From Pseudomonadota bacterium (GTDB lineage: Bacteria; CALINM01): a stretch of DNA of 53,443 nucleotides. The translations under genes were made by a program, and so were the position numbers. The stretch is from positions 1 through 53,443 of the forward strand of contig JAOAGA010000003.1 in NCBI GenBank assembly GCA_026415985.1, written 5' to 3'. Below are positions 21,283-31,092 of the stretch, piece by piece (position 1 is the first letter of the stretch; the number at the start of each line of letters is the position of its first letter). A model generated the notes under the pieces. It was not told the DNA's origin and did not search any database. It worked only from the letters and a program-made list of their open reading frames with translations.

Positions 21283-22455
21283 ATGTTTGATTTTCCAAGA
21301 ATTAAGAGGCTTCCGCCGTATGTCTTTAATATTGTTGTAGATTTAAAAAATAAGGCGCGCAGAGAAGGTGAGGATATTATTGATTTAGGAATGGGTAACC
21401 CCGATATTCCTACACCCCAGCATATTGTTGATAAGCTCGTTGAATCAGCCTATAATCCTAAAAATCACAGATATTCAGCATCTAAAGGTATAACCAAGTT
21501 AAGGGTTGCAATTGCTGACTGGTATAAAAGAAACTATGATGTTCATATAGATCCTGAGACAGAAGCTATTGTAACTATTGGAGCCAAGGAAGGGCTTTCA
21601 CACTTTGCATTGGCGGTATTGGAAAGAGGTGATGTGGCATTAGTTCCAAATCCTACCTATCCGATTCATACCTATTGTGCGGTTATGGCGGGTGCAGATG
21701 TTCATTCCATACCTTTTACGGAAGACAGAGATTTTTTTGTAGAGCTTGAAAAATCTGTTAAAAGGGTCTGGCCTCAACCAAAACTTTTACTTATAAGTTT
21801 TCCTCATAACCCAACCACCCGTATTGTGGATATTAACTTTTTTGAAAGGATCGTTGATTATGCCAAGGAAAACAATCTTATAGTTGTTCATGATTTTGCC
21901 TATGCGGATTTATGTTTTGATGGATATAGAGCACCGAGCTTTATGCAGGTGCCCGGTGCAAAGGATGTAGGGATAGAGTTCTACTCTCTTTCAAAGGGCT
22001 ATAGTATGCCCGGCTGGAGGGTGGCTTTTGCGGTTGGAAACAGGGAGCTTATAAATGCCCTTGCAAGGCTAAAAAGCTACTTTGATTACGGAGTTTTCCA
22101 GCCTATTCAGATTGCCTCAATTATCGCTCTGAATGGGCCGAGGGACTGCGTAGATCAGGTAAGAGAGACTTACAGGATCAGAAGAGATGTATTATGCGAA
22201 GGTCTGAACAAGATTGGCTGGGATATTGAAAAGCCCAAGGCAACCATGTTTGTATGGGCAAGAATACCGGAGGCCTATAGAAATTTAGGTTCCATCGAGT
22301 TTTCCAAGCTACTTTTAAAAGAGGCGAAAGTGGCGGTATCTCCGGGAATCGGTTTTGGTGAATATGGTGAAGGTTTCATAAGATTCTCTCTTGTGGAGAA
22401 CGAACATAGAATTAGACAGGCTGTAAGAGGAATAAAAAAATTGATGGGAAAGTGA
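21283..22455 (+). CDS. alaC: class I PLP aminotransferase, AlaC(YfdZ)-like
   Basis: [37 protein letters not shown]; GGAGG SD before ATG 21283. Confidence 0.78.
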   Translation: MFDFPRIKRLPPYVFNIVVDLKNKARREGEDIIDLGMGNPDIPTPQHIVDKLVESAYNPKNHRYSASKGITKLRVAIADWYKRNYDVHIDPETEAIVTIGAKEGLSHFALAVLERGDVALVPNPTYPIHTYCAVMAGADVHSIPFTEDRDFFVELEKSVKRVWPQPKLLLISFPHNPTTRIVDINFFERIVDYAKENNLIVVHDFAYADLCFDGYRAPSFMQVPGAKDVGIEFYSLSKGYSMPGWRVAFAVGNRELINALARLKSYFDYGVFQPIQIASIIALNGPRDCVDQVRETYRIRRDVLCEGLNKIGWDIEKPKATMFVWARIPEAYRNLGSIEFSKLLLKEAKVAVSPGIGFGEYGEGFIRFSLVENEHRIRQAVRGIKKLMGK

Positions 22456-23774
22456 GTATGAAGAAAAAAATTTCCTTTGGTGTAATTGGCTTTGGAACGG
22501 TAGGATCAGGCGTTGTTAAGCTTTATCTTGATAATTTGGATGAGATAAAAAAGAAGCTTCCCTTTGATCTCAGGCTTAAGACCATAGCGGAGAAAACAAA
22601 GACTTCCAAAGAAGGGATTAAAACACCCAGATCAATAAAAATCACCGATGATGCTTACGAACTGATAAACGATCCTGAGATAGACATTGTAGTGGAGCTT
22701 GTTGGTGGTAAAACTTTTGCAAAAGATTTTATTATCTCAGCTGTTAAAAAGGGTAAGCACATAGTTACCGCTAACAAAGCACTCCTTGCTGAAGCGGGAG
22801 ACGAGATCTTCGGGCTATGTGAAAAAAATGGTGTTGAGATCGGTTATGAAGCCTCAGTAGCAGGTGTTATACCTATAATAAGAAGCATAAAGGAATCTTT
22901 AGCAGGCGACAGAGTAGAAAATATTTATGGTATTATTAATGGTACCTGTAATTATATTCTCACCAAGATGACAGAAGAGGGAAAGGATTTTGATGAGGCT
23001 CTTAAGGAGGCACAAAAAAAGGGCTACGCTGAGGCAGATCCAACTCTTGATATAGAGGGTATTGACGCAGGACATAAAATAGCAATACTTACATCTCTTT
23101 CTTTCGGGAAAAAGGTCGATTTTAAGGATATTTATATAGAAGGGATAACTAAAGTAACAAATATTGATATCAAGTTTGCCTCACAGTTCGGATATGTAAT
23201 CAAATTACTGGGAATATCAAAGAAGCAGGGGGATAGAATTGAAGTAAGGCTTCATCCCACACTGATTCCGAAAACACACCCCCTTGCAAGCGTGAGGATG
23301 GAATATAATGCGGTATTTGTGAAAGGATATGCCTCAGGCTCAATCTTGCTCTACGGCAAGGGTGCAGGAATGATGCCCACCGCTTCAGCAGTTTTGGGAG
23401 ATGTTATTTCAATAGCAAGAAATATTGCCAATGAAACTGTGGCTACTGTTCCGATCAGAGGGTATATCTCTAAATTTATAGATAAGGGTGATATCCTTAA
23501 TGTTACAGACATAGTAAGTAAATATTTTATAAGACTTATGGTTGTTGATAAGCCGGGTATACTGGCAAAAATATCAGGTATCCTTGGAAAGAAAAATATT
23601 AGTATAGCTTCGGTTATTCAGGAGGGCAGAAATGACGAAGGCGGTGCGGTTCCTCTTGTTATAATTACCCATGAGACTCAGGAAAAAAAGTTGAGGGATG
23701 CCCTAAAAGAGATTGAAAAGCTTAATATAACCTTTGATAAACCGGCCTTTTTAAGGATAGAGGAAAGTTTGTAG
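22452..23774 (+). CDS. hom: homoserine dehydrogenase with ACT domain
   Basis: [30 protein letters not shown]-terminal DKPGILA ACT domain. Confidence 0.96.
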   Translation: MSMKKKISFGVIGFGTVGSGVVKLYLDNLDEIKKKLPFDLRLKTIAEKTKTSKEGIKTPRSIKITDDAYELINDPEIDIVVELVGGKTFAKDFIISAVKKGKHIVTANKALLAEAGDEIFGLCEKNGVEIGYEASVAGVIPIIRSIKESLAGDRVENIYGIINGTCNYILTKMTEEGKDFDEALKEAQKKGYAEADPTLDIEGIDAGHKIAILTSLSFGKKVDFKDIYIEGITKVTNIDIKFASQFGYVIKLLGISKKQGDRIEVRLHPTLIPKTHPLASVRMEYNAVFVKGYASGSILLYGKGAGMMPTASAVLGDVISIARNIANETVATVPIRGYISKFIDKGDILNVTDIVSKYFIRLMVVDKPGILAKISGILGKKNISIASVIQEGRNDEGGAVPLVIITHETQEKKLRDALKEIEKLNITFDKPAFLRIEESL

Positions 23775-23873
23775 CTGATTTTTATAAGACAATTGTCTCT
23801 GAGTTGGGAAGTTTTATTGGGAAGGTTGTTAATTTTGGATTTTAAATTATAATCATAACTTAAAGGAAAAAAT

Positions 23874-24926
23874 ATGAGTTGGCAGGGGATAGTTAAACAT
23901 TACATTGATTTTTTCAGTATAGATGAGAAAAATATTATAACGCTATTAGAGGGTAACACCCCTCTTATTCCTTCTGTTTGCATCGGGAAGAGTTTTGAAA
24001 GACCTATAAATCTCTTCTTTAAATATGAAGGCCTTAATCCTACAGGCTCATTTAAAGATAGGGGGATGACCTACGCTATAAGTAAAGCGGTAGAGTCAGG
24101 CTCAAAGGCGGTAATTTGTGCCTCTACCGGCAATACTTCTGCCTCTGCAGCGGCCTATTCTGCAAGGGCGGGATTAAAATGTATTGTGCTAATTCCTGAG
24201 GGGAAAATTGCATTGGGAAAGCTTTCTCAGGCTATGATACACGGTGCCAAGGTTATTCAAATAAAAGGAAATTTTGATGACGCCCTGAAGATTGTGAAAG
24301 AAATTTCTGAGAAATATCCCATAACATTGGTTAATTCTTTAAACCCCCATAGATTGGAAGGTCAGAAAACCGGTGCTTTTGAGATTTGCGATGTGTTGAA
24401 GAATGCTCCTGATTATCACTGTCTTCCTGTAGGTAATGCAGGCAATATCAGTGCCTACTGGATGGGATATAAGGAGTATAGATCCTGTGGCAAGATTAAT
24501 AGTCTTCCAAAAATGCTGGGCTTTCAGGCGGAAGGGTCTGCTCCCATAGTTAGGGGGTATCCCATAGAAAAGCCGGAAACCATTGCTACTGCCATAAGAA
24601 TTGGTAACCCCGCAAGTTGGGATAAGGCGGTCAAGGCAAGAGATGAATCAGGTGGTTTAATAGATATGGTGTCTGATGATGAGATTATAAAGGCATATAA
24701 ATTATTGGCAGAAAAAGAAGGGGTCTTTTGTGAGCCTGCATCATCGGCAAGTGTTGCAGGAATAATCAAACTTTCTGAAAGAGGATTCTTTCAGGGCGGA
24801 GAAACTGTGGTTTGCACATTAACAGGTCATGGCTTGAAAGATCCTGACAACGCTATTGCAAACTCAGAAAAACCTTCAAGCATTGAACCGAATATATCGG
24901 ATATTTTAAAAATAATAGGTTTATAG
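23874..24926 (+). CDS. thrC: threonine synthase
   Basis: [33 protein letters not shown]. Confidence 0.95.
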   Translation: MSWQGIVKHYIDFFSIDEKNIITLLEGNTPLIPSVCIGKSFERPINLFFKYEGLNPTGSFKDRGMTYAISKAVESGSKAVICASTGNTSASAAAYSARAGLKCIVLIPEGKIALGKLSQAMIHGAKVIQIKGNFDDALKIVKEISEKYPITLVNSLNPHRLEGQKTGAFEICDVLKNAPDYHCLPVGNAGNISAYWMGYKEYRSCGKINSLPKMLGFQAEGSAPIVRGYPIEKPETIATAIRIGNPASWDKAVKARDESGGLIDMVSDDEIIKAYKLLAEKEGVFCEPASSASVAGIIKLSERGFFQGGETVVCTLTGHGLKDPDNAIANSEKPSSIEPNISDILKIIGL

Positions 24927-24935
24927 GGAGGAGAT

Positions 24936-25541
24936 ATGAGACCAGTTGAGAAGTCGCTTTTTGACTACCAGAAAAGGCTTTCCGATTCAACGGAAGATTT
25001 GTTGTCTATGCTAAATTTTATCTATGACGGCTTTATTAAACACAAAAAAAACTTACTCCACGAAGCAGAGCTATTAGGCAAAAAGGTGCACGACTTTGAG
25101 AAAGATTTTACCTCAGATATTATTAAGGAAGGAAATAAGGATAGTGTCAGGCTTCTGATAACTATTGCAGGACATTTGGAAAGGATTGGGGATTGTTTTG
25201 AGAATATAATCAGGACAGTCCATACCAAGATTAAAGAGGGAACACTATTTTCTGATAAAGCAGTATCGGAGTTAAACTATCTTTTTAATACAGCCAAGGA
25301 GCTTATTAAAAATTTGAAAGATCTTATTGCCACCTTTAATACGGTTCTGATTGAACACATAGTAAATGTTGGAACAAAGGCAAACCAGATGGCCGATGAG
25401 TTTGCCACACAGCATGAGGAAAGGCTTGTTACAGGCATTTGTCATCCAAAGCACTCTTCAATGTATTTAGATATTCTTGATAATTTAAGAATGAGCATCT
25501 GGCACATAAAAGAGATAGCAAGAAGGATTGAAAGTTTTTAA
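24936..25541 (+). CDS. PhoU-domain protein (resembles the C-terminal domain of Na/Pi cotransporters)
   Basis: HLERIGD, FSDKAV.EL, HEERL..GIC, YLDILDNL helical repeats. Confidence 0.75.
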   Translation: MRPVEKSLFDYQKRLSDSTEDLLSMLNFIYDGFIKHKKNLLHEAELLGKKVHDFEKDFTSDIIKEGNKDSVRLLITIAGHLERIGDCFENIIRTVHTKIKEGTLFSDKAVSELNYLFNTAKELIKNLKDLIATFNTVLIEHIVNVGTKANQMADEFATQHEERLVTGICHPKHSSMYLDILDNLRMSIWHIKEIARRIESF

Positions 25542-25723
25542 AGAGGCAGGTTGGAGGTAATCGGTGATTTGTTTAAACAAATAAGGTATAGAAATTTGAA
25601 CATAAAAATTGAGGCATAGTTTAAAAATTATATAATCTTCTCAAACTTGCCTTGATTTCTTGATATTTCACTTCTTACAGATCACCTTCTTACCTTAAAC
25701 CTCACTTCTTTCGCAGGTCAGGT

Positions 25724-26857
25724 ATGGCTGAAAACAGCAGAGTAATCTATTGTTATTCCGATGAGTTTTTAAAGTATGATTATGGCGATGATCATCCCTT
25801 AAAGGTCTATCGGCTAAAACTAACTTATGAATTATCAAAATCCTATGATCTTTTTAAGAATATCACGGTTATAGAGCCAGAGTATTGTTCTGAGGAAGAC
25901 ATCTTAAAGGTCCATTCTTCTCATTATCTTTATGTTTTAAAACAGTGTAACAATGGTTTATGCCCGCCTGAAGCCTTTTTTTATAACTTAGATACCTCTG
26001 ATAATCCTGTATTTGAAGGTGTCTATGACTGGTCAACCCTTGTTTGTGGCTCGAGCCTTAAAGGGGCAAAGAGCCTTCTTTCCGGTGTTTGTGATACCTT
26101 CTTTAGTATATCAGGTGGGTTACATCATGCTATGCCGGAAAAGGCGTCGGGATTTTGCTATCTCAATGATATAGCGGTTGCTATTAAATATCTGATTGAC
26201 AATGGCAAAAAGGTTCTTTACATAGACACAGACGCACATCACGGAGATGGTGTTGAAAAAATTTTCTATGAAACTTCAAAGGTTATGACAATATCTTTCC
26301 ATGAATCGGGCAGATTTTTATTTCCCGGAACGGGTTTTGAAACAGACATAGGGGCAGGAGATGGGTTAGGGTATGCAGTTAATTTTCCTCTTTACCCCTA
26401 CACAGATGATAAAAATTTTTTGAGAGGGTTTTTTGAAATAGTTCCAACTCTTATAGAAGCATTTAAACCGGATATAATTGTTACACAACTTGGCGTTGAC
26501 TGCTTTTACAATGACCCTCTGGCTACTCTTAACTTAACAACCATATCTTTTGAAAAAATAATAAAATTTTACAAAGAATTAGGTATTCCTTGGCTGGCTT
26601 TGGGTGGTGGAGGATACAATCCCGCAAATGTGGCAAGGGCATGGACCTTGGCTCTGGCTATTATGGCCGATAAAGAAATATCTGATCCTATACCGGATAG
26701 TTTCACCGATATAGCCCTACCATATAAAGTAAAAATTAATAAACTAAGGGATACAGAAAGTATTAAAGACGAAGAATATTCAAACTTGATAGACAGAGAA
26801 ACAAGCAGGGTTATAGAAAAATTAAAAAAGCACCTGTTTCCCTATCACCATTTATAA
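25724..26857 (+). CDS. acuC: Zn-dependent deacetylase, AcuC/histone deacetylase family
   Basis: HPL..RL, GGLHHA, SGFCYLND, DAHHGDG, FPGTG, LGGGGY. Confidence 0.88.
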   Translation: MAENSRVIYCYSDEFLKYDYGDDHPLKVYRLKLTYELSKSYDLFKNITVIEPEYCSEEDILKVHSSHYLYVLKQCNNGLCPPEAFFYNLDTSDNPVFEGVYDWSTLVCGSSLKGAKSLLSGVCDTFFSISGGLHHAMPEKASGFCYLNDIAVAIKYLIDNGKKVLYIDTDAHHGDGVEKIFYETSKVMTISFHESGRFLFPGTGFETDIGAGDGLGYAVNFPLYPYTDDKNFLRGFFEIVPTLIEAFKPDIIVTQLGVDCFYNDPLATLNLTTISFEKIIKFYKELGIPWLALGGGGYNPANVARAWTLALAIMADKEISDPIPDSFTDIALPYKVKINKLRDTESIKDEEYSNLIDRETSRVIEKLKKHLFPYHHL

Positions 26858-26877
26858 AAGTTAGTTACTAAAAAATA

Positions 26878-27390
26878 TTACAGCATCATATCTATCATTC
26901 TTGCTAATTCCCCCCCTTCAACATAGCCGGTAATTGTCTGAATTAATCTGCCTTTTTTGTCATACAATAATGTGGTTGGAACAGCATCAATCTTATAGAT
27001 ATTGTTTAAATCCTGGGTTGTAAGATATAGTGAGTAGTTGATATTTACTTTTTCGGCAAAGGGTGTAACTGCAGAAGCGCCATTTTCATCTATTGCTATC
27101 CCAATAAACTCAACATTTTTGCTCTGATAGGTCTTGTAAAGTTCCACTAACTCGGGAACCTCTTTTCTACAAGGCGGACACCATGTGGCAAAAAAATTAA
27201 CGAGAACTACCTTGCCTTGATTGGATTTCAGTATTTCCTGAAGATCTTTTGCAGATATTGATTTAAGCTCCTTTGTGCTTTTGCTTTCAACGGTTTTCTG
27301 AGGTGTTGTTTCAGCCTTTTTTTCTTCTTCCTTTTTTGCACAGGAAAAAATGAACAAACTTACTAAAACCAAGAAAAAAAATCTCTTCAT
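26878..27390 (-). CDS. TlpA-family thiol:disulfide oxidoreductase lipoprotein
   Basis: Lipobox IFS-C; VNFFATWCPPCRKE; VPTT. Confidence 0.9.
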   Translation of the reverse strand: MKRFFFLVLVSLFIFSCAKKEEEKKAETTPQKTVESKSTKELKSISAKDLQEILKSNQGKVVLVNFFATWCPPCRKEVPELVELYKTYQSKNVEFIGIAIDENGASAVTPFAEKVNINYSLYLTTQDLNNIYKIDAVPTTLLYDKKGRLIQTITGYVEGGELARMIDMML

Positions 27391-28272
27391 TTATATCTCC
27401 TTTTTTATCAAATCAGTCTTTTGTGCCCCGACTAATTCTATAGATATTGCTCCAAATTTGCAAGAGTCTGTATAGCATTTAAAGCATCTTATGCAGTTTA
27501 GCTGATTGGCACCATCGGGGAATTTTAAATGCATGGGGCAATCACGGTAGCATTGATAGCATCTTACACATTTATCTTTATTGTGGCTCATCCTGAGAAT
27601 ACTAACCTTGTTAAAAAGTGAGTAAAAACCACCTAAAGGACAGATGGTTCTGCAAAAGGGCCTTCTTATAAAAACCATCGAGACAAGCAAAAAAATTAAG
27701 ATAATCAGCTTATTGTAAAATAAAACTCCTATGAGCCTCTGAAGAGAGTTATCAAGAAACATAAGAGGTATTCCCGCTGTAAGAGTTCCCGCTGGACAGA
27801 CATATTTACAAAACCAGGTAATACCGTAACCAAACTCATCAACTATAAGTAATGGCAGGATAATTACAAAACCAAATAAGAATATATATTTTCCATATTG
27901 TAACTTAGAGGGAATGTTAAATTTTTTTGATGGTATCTTATGAATAAGTTCTTGTAGAAAACCAAAAGGGCAGAGCCAGCCACAGGGAAATCTGCCCACA
28001 AGCATTCCAATGGTTCCGAGAAAACCAACTACATAAAAGCCAAAATGATATTTCATGGAGCTTATAGAAACCCTTATGTTACCCAAAATAACCTGTAATG
28101 CTCCCATTGGACAGGCAAGAACTGATGCGGGGCAGGAGTAACAGTTAAGTCCGGGGGCACAAAAAGCCTTTGTAGGACCCTGAAAGATTTTTTTTGTCCA
28201 GATGAAGCCAAAATAGGAGTTATTTAAAAAGGTTACGATGGTTTGTATGATCCTTCTTAGATGTTTTGTCAT
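27391..28272 (-). CDS. membrane 4Fe-4S binding protein (NapH/YccM-like)
   Basis: CAPGLNCYSCP, CGWLCP, CKYVCP, CRTICP and two CxxCxxC ferredoxin motifs; TM helices; ATG 28272 overlaps the upstream stop (ATGA). Confidence 0.88.
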   Translation of the reverse strand: MTKHLRRIIQTIVTFLNNSYFGFIWTKKIFQGPTKAFCAPGLNCYSCPASVLACPMGALQVILGNIRVSISSMKYHFGFYVVGFLGTIGMLVGRFPCGWLCPFGFLQELIHKIPSKKFNIPSKLQYGKYIFLFGFVIILPLLIVDEFGYGITWFCKYVCPAGTLTAGIPLMFLDNSLQRLIGVLFYNKLIILIFLLVSMVFIRRPFCRTICPLGGFYSLFNKVSILRMSHNKDKCVRCYQCYRDCPMHLKFPDGANQLNCIRCFKCYTDSCKFGAISIELVGAQKTDLIKKEI

Positions 28273-28406
28273 CCTATACCTACACAGCTTAGACAAATCC
28301 TTATCGCCTTTTCAAGAACAGCGGAAAATTCACTGAAGTTTATGCCTAATATGAAAATTACTACAAAAAATATTAATAAAAGGTAGCTTTTTCTGACTTC
28401 ATTCAT
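28269..28406 (-). CDS. CD1871A-type CXXC microprotein (45 aa, not in the ORF track)
   Basis: Hand translation MNEVRKSYLLLIFFVVIFILGINFSEFSAVLEKAIRICLSCVGIG*; one TM, C-terminal CLSCVGIG; coupled to the 4Fe-4S gene. Confidence 0.85.
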   Translation of the reverse strand: MNEVRKSYLLLIFFVVIFILGINFSEFSAVLEKAIRICLSCVGIG

Positions 28407-28477
28407 TTTTTTATTATATTACTAATATTAATTTTTTCAATTTAAAATTATTAAATTTGATGAAATAGGCGTTTCAT

Positions 28478-28594
28478 TTTTAATGATTTGTTTCACAAAT
28501 ATTGTTCTGAATTTTTTCATTAAAAATCAGATATTTGAAATAAAGATTAAATCAAATGATAAAAAAAGCCTTTTTGTGAAACAAATTATTAAAA
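28478..28594. promoter_or_regulatory. pair of 22-bp inverted sites in the divergent promoter region (candidate activator/repressor sites)
   Basis: ttttaatgatttgtttcacaaa (28478-28499) and tttgtgaaacaaattattaaaa (28573-28594) are reverse complements with 1 mismatch. Confidence 0.6.
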
Positions 28595-28645
28595 GAAATT
28601 AAAAATAAAAATTCAATTATTTCAGTAATTTGTAAAAATTAAGTT

Positions 28646-28662
28646 TTGGCATTATAATTGAT
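28646..28662 (+). promoter_or_regulatory. putative sigma54 (-24/-12) promoter of the cytochrome operon
   Basis: TTGGCAT-TATAA-TTGAT, correct GG-N10-G spacing, GA in place of GC at -12; about 43 nt before the ATG. Confidence 0.55.
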
Positions 28663-28704
28663 AATGTAAATGAAAATAAAAGAAAATTAATAGGGGGTGA
28701 TTTT

Positions 28705-29037
28705 ATGAAAAAAATAGTAGTTTTTTTAGTTGTTCTATCTTTTTTTAGTGTTTCCTATGCTGTCGACGCAAAAAAAGGTGATATCAATAAGGGAAAACAG
28801 CTTTACAGAGAAGTTTGCAGGAGTTGTCACGATGGTTCTAAGGCAAAAAAGGTAACACCTATGCATAAGACTACCGCACAGTGGAAAAAATTGTTTGATA
28901 ATGATATGGCAAGGCTAAAGGAAAAGCATGAAGGCAATGATGCCTTCAACAAGATTAAGGCAGAGGATTTTGACCACATCTATAGGTTCGTACTGGATGG
29001 AGCATTAGACTCTGAGCAACCACAGACCTGTGATTAA
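28705..29037 (+). CDS. periplasmic monoheme cytochrome c
   Basis: Signal peptide (SYA), GKQLY..VCRSCH, C-terminal DSEQPQTCD. Confidence 0.88.
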   Translation: MKKIVVFLVVLSFFSVSYAVDAKKGDINKGKQLYREVCRSCHDGSKAKKVTPMHKTTAQWKKLFDNDMARLKEKHEGNDAFNKIKAEDFDHIYRFVLDGALDSEQPQTCD

Positions 29038-29101
29038 AAATGGTTACAGGTGTAAGTTTTGGTTTTGATTCAACCTTAATTAATAATTTGGAGGTATTAA
29101 G

Positions 29102-30961
29102 ATGAGAAAATGTTTTGTTTTGCTTATGTTAATGTTTTTTACTACCCTTTCAGGAAAGGTTTTTGCACAGGAACAACCAAAGGTTGAAGACTTATTGAAA
29201 CAGATTAAGCAGTTAAAGTCCGAGCTGGCAGAGATAGAAGACAGGGTATCTGCAACAGAAAGACATACCGTAACAGATAAGGTAAGTTTGGGAATTGATT
29301 TCAGAACCCAGGCTATTTCAGCCCATTACAAAGACTTAAGAGGACTACCAGAGTGGGCGAGTTCAATGATGCAGTTATGGGCCTTTAACAGGCTTGCTAT
29401 TGATGGGACAAAAATTGGCGGAAATCCTATCCCGTCCGGAAGCAGTAGTTATACATTCAATCCAACCTTTTTACAGAAATACGGAGCAACATTGCAACCT
29501 ATGTTTCCCGCAATGGTCTCTTTAGGATTCGTAAACGGCGGTGCTTTTCTCGATATGAATGGCAACAGTACCTTTGATGCTACAGCTGATCTGCCGGTAC
29601 TTGGTAATAACTCTCTTGGCAACCCTCATTTTTCAGGCACCTTTGGTGCAACTGACCTCGCTAAGTATCAGGGAATGTTTAAAAGCATAGCACCACAGAA
29701 ATATGATTCCAACAATGATATTATGTTTACTAACAGACTGAGAGTTAACCTGGATTCTAAGGTCTCAGATAATCTTTCTTTTTCTGGCAGACTTGCCATG
29801 TATAAGACCTGGGCAGATGCGTCAGGTGTAAAATTTTATAATGGCAATATGAATACAATGAATATGGATGGTAATGATGTTTCCGTTCCTACCGATGATT
29901 TACTTAAGGTAGAAAGGGCATATTTTGTTTATAAAAACAGGTGGGGTAAGGTAGACTGGCATCTGTCCTTTGGCAGAAGACCCGCAACAGATGGTCCGCC
30001 TCTGGAGCTTAAGGCAAACTCAGAGGTTGGAGGCTCTCCCCTCGCCCATATTATAAACTGGCAGTTTGATGGTGCCTCCTGGGGGTTTGAGCTTGAAGAG
30101 TTAACGGGTATTCCCGGTGCATCTTTTAAGCTTTGCTATGGTGTAGGCTTTGAGTCGGGGGTAGGCAACTCCTATTCCTTAACTTCTCAGAATAATGTAA
30201 AAGATGTTCATATGCTTGGTTTTATTGCAAAGCTATATGACAACAAGAACACAAAGGTTGCTGTAAACTACGCCCACGCCTTTGATATTACCGATGGTTT
30301 TACAGGAACAGTGATCATGCCTTTTACGATAAATGCCCTTGATATTGATGGTAATGGTGTTTTTGATGAGTACTATCTAAACCCAAACTGGGGTGGTTAT
30401 GTATCCCGTATGCAACCTACCGCAAATATTGGTTCTATGGATATGGTAAACGTTCTCTATCAGTCAAAGGTTAAAGACATTAACTATTTTGTCTCTTTGG
30501 CATTGAGCAATACAAATCCCGACGGCAGATCCATGAACCCGATGATGCAGTTTATGGGACAGGACGCATTGTTAAACGATAACGGCGAACAAAAATCAAG
30601 AACAGGCTATTCTGTCTGGGCTGGGATCAAGGCACCAGTTACAGTTACTAAAGGTCAGTTAGGGCTGGAATATAACCATGGTTCCAAATACTGGCTTAAC
30701 TTTACAGGTGCAGAAGACAATGTGGTAGGCTCTAAGATTGCAGTAAGAGGAGATGTTTACGAAGTTTATTATATTCAACCAATCACTGGTAAAAACTTCT
30801 TTTTAACTCTTGGTGCCCAGCTTTATGATTATGATTATACAAATAGCGGTAGTCCGTTGGGTGCACCTAAGAAGATATCAGATGTGAATGCATTGGATAG
30901 TCTGATGCCTGTAGCAGACAAGATCAATGTTTATTATGCATCTCTTACCTATAGGTTCTAA
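29102..30961 (+). CDS. DUF3373-like outer-membrane beta-barrel protein
   Basis: Signal peptide (VFA-Q), N-terminal coiled coil, amphipathic beta strands (TNRLRVNL, VERAYF, GRRP.TDGPP), C-terminal YYASLTYRF barrel signature. Confidence 0.78.
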   Translation: MRKCFVLLMLMFFTTLSGKVFAQEQPKVEDLLKQIKQLKSELAEIEDRVSATERHTVTDKVSLGIDFRTQAISAHYKDLRGLPEWASSMMQLWAFNRLAIDGTKIGGNPIPSGSSSYTFNPTFLQKYGATLQPMFPAMVSLGFVNGGAFLDMNGNSTFDATADLPVLGNNSLGNPHFSGTFGATDLAKYQGMFKSIAPQKYDSNNDIMFTNRLRVNLDSKVSDNLSFSGRLAMYKTWADASGVKFYNGNMNTMNMDGNDVSVPTDDLLKVERAYFVYKNRWGKVDWHLSFGRRPATDGPPLELKANSEVGGSPLAHIINWQFDGASWGFELEELTGIPGASFKLCYGVGFESGVGNSYSLTSQNNVKDVHMLGFIAKLYDNKNTKVAVNYAHAFDITDGFTGTVIMPFTINALDIDGNGVFDEYYLNPNWGGYVSRMQPTANIGSMDMVNVLYQSKVKDINYFVSLALSNTNPDGRSMNPMMQFMGQDALLNDNGEQKSRTGYSVWAGIKAPVTVTKGQLGLEYNHGSKYWLNFTGAEDNVVGSKIAVRGDVYEVYYIQPITGKNFFLTLGAQLYDYDYTNSGSPLGAPKKISDVNALDSLMPVADKINVYYASLTYRF

Positions 30962-30973
30962 CTGAATAGTTAC

Positions 30974-31016
30974 AGGTTTAGGTTATGGTTGGTCAGTTTC
31001 TCCATAGCCTAAACCT
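30974..31016 (+). other. intercistronic stem-loop (15-bp stem)
   Basis: aggtttaggttatgg ... ccatagcctaaacct; no U tract, so possibly an mRNA stability/processing element. Confidence 0.6.
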
Positions 31017-31092
31017 AAACTTTAACTAAATGGTATTTAGTCTTTAAGGAACAAGCAATTTTAAATTATTTAATGTTTTTGGAGGCAATTAA

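Noticed and set aside
26878-28406. Selenocysteine recoding in the TlpA, Fe-S or CXXC genes
   Set aside because: All redox motifs use Cys codons, and the microprotein TGA is a normal stop overlapping the next ATG
28410-28704. GEMM (c-di-GMP/cGAMP) riboswitch ahead of the cytochrome operon
   Set aside because: No GNRA tetraloop/receptor stems or GACGCAAA-type motif seen; the region is nearly all A/T
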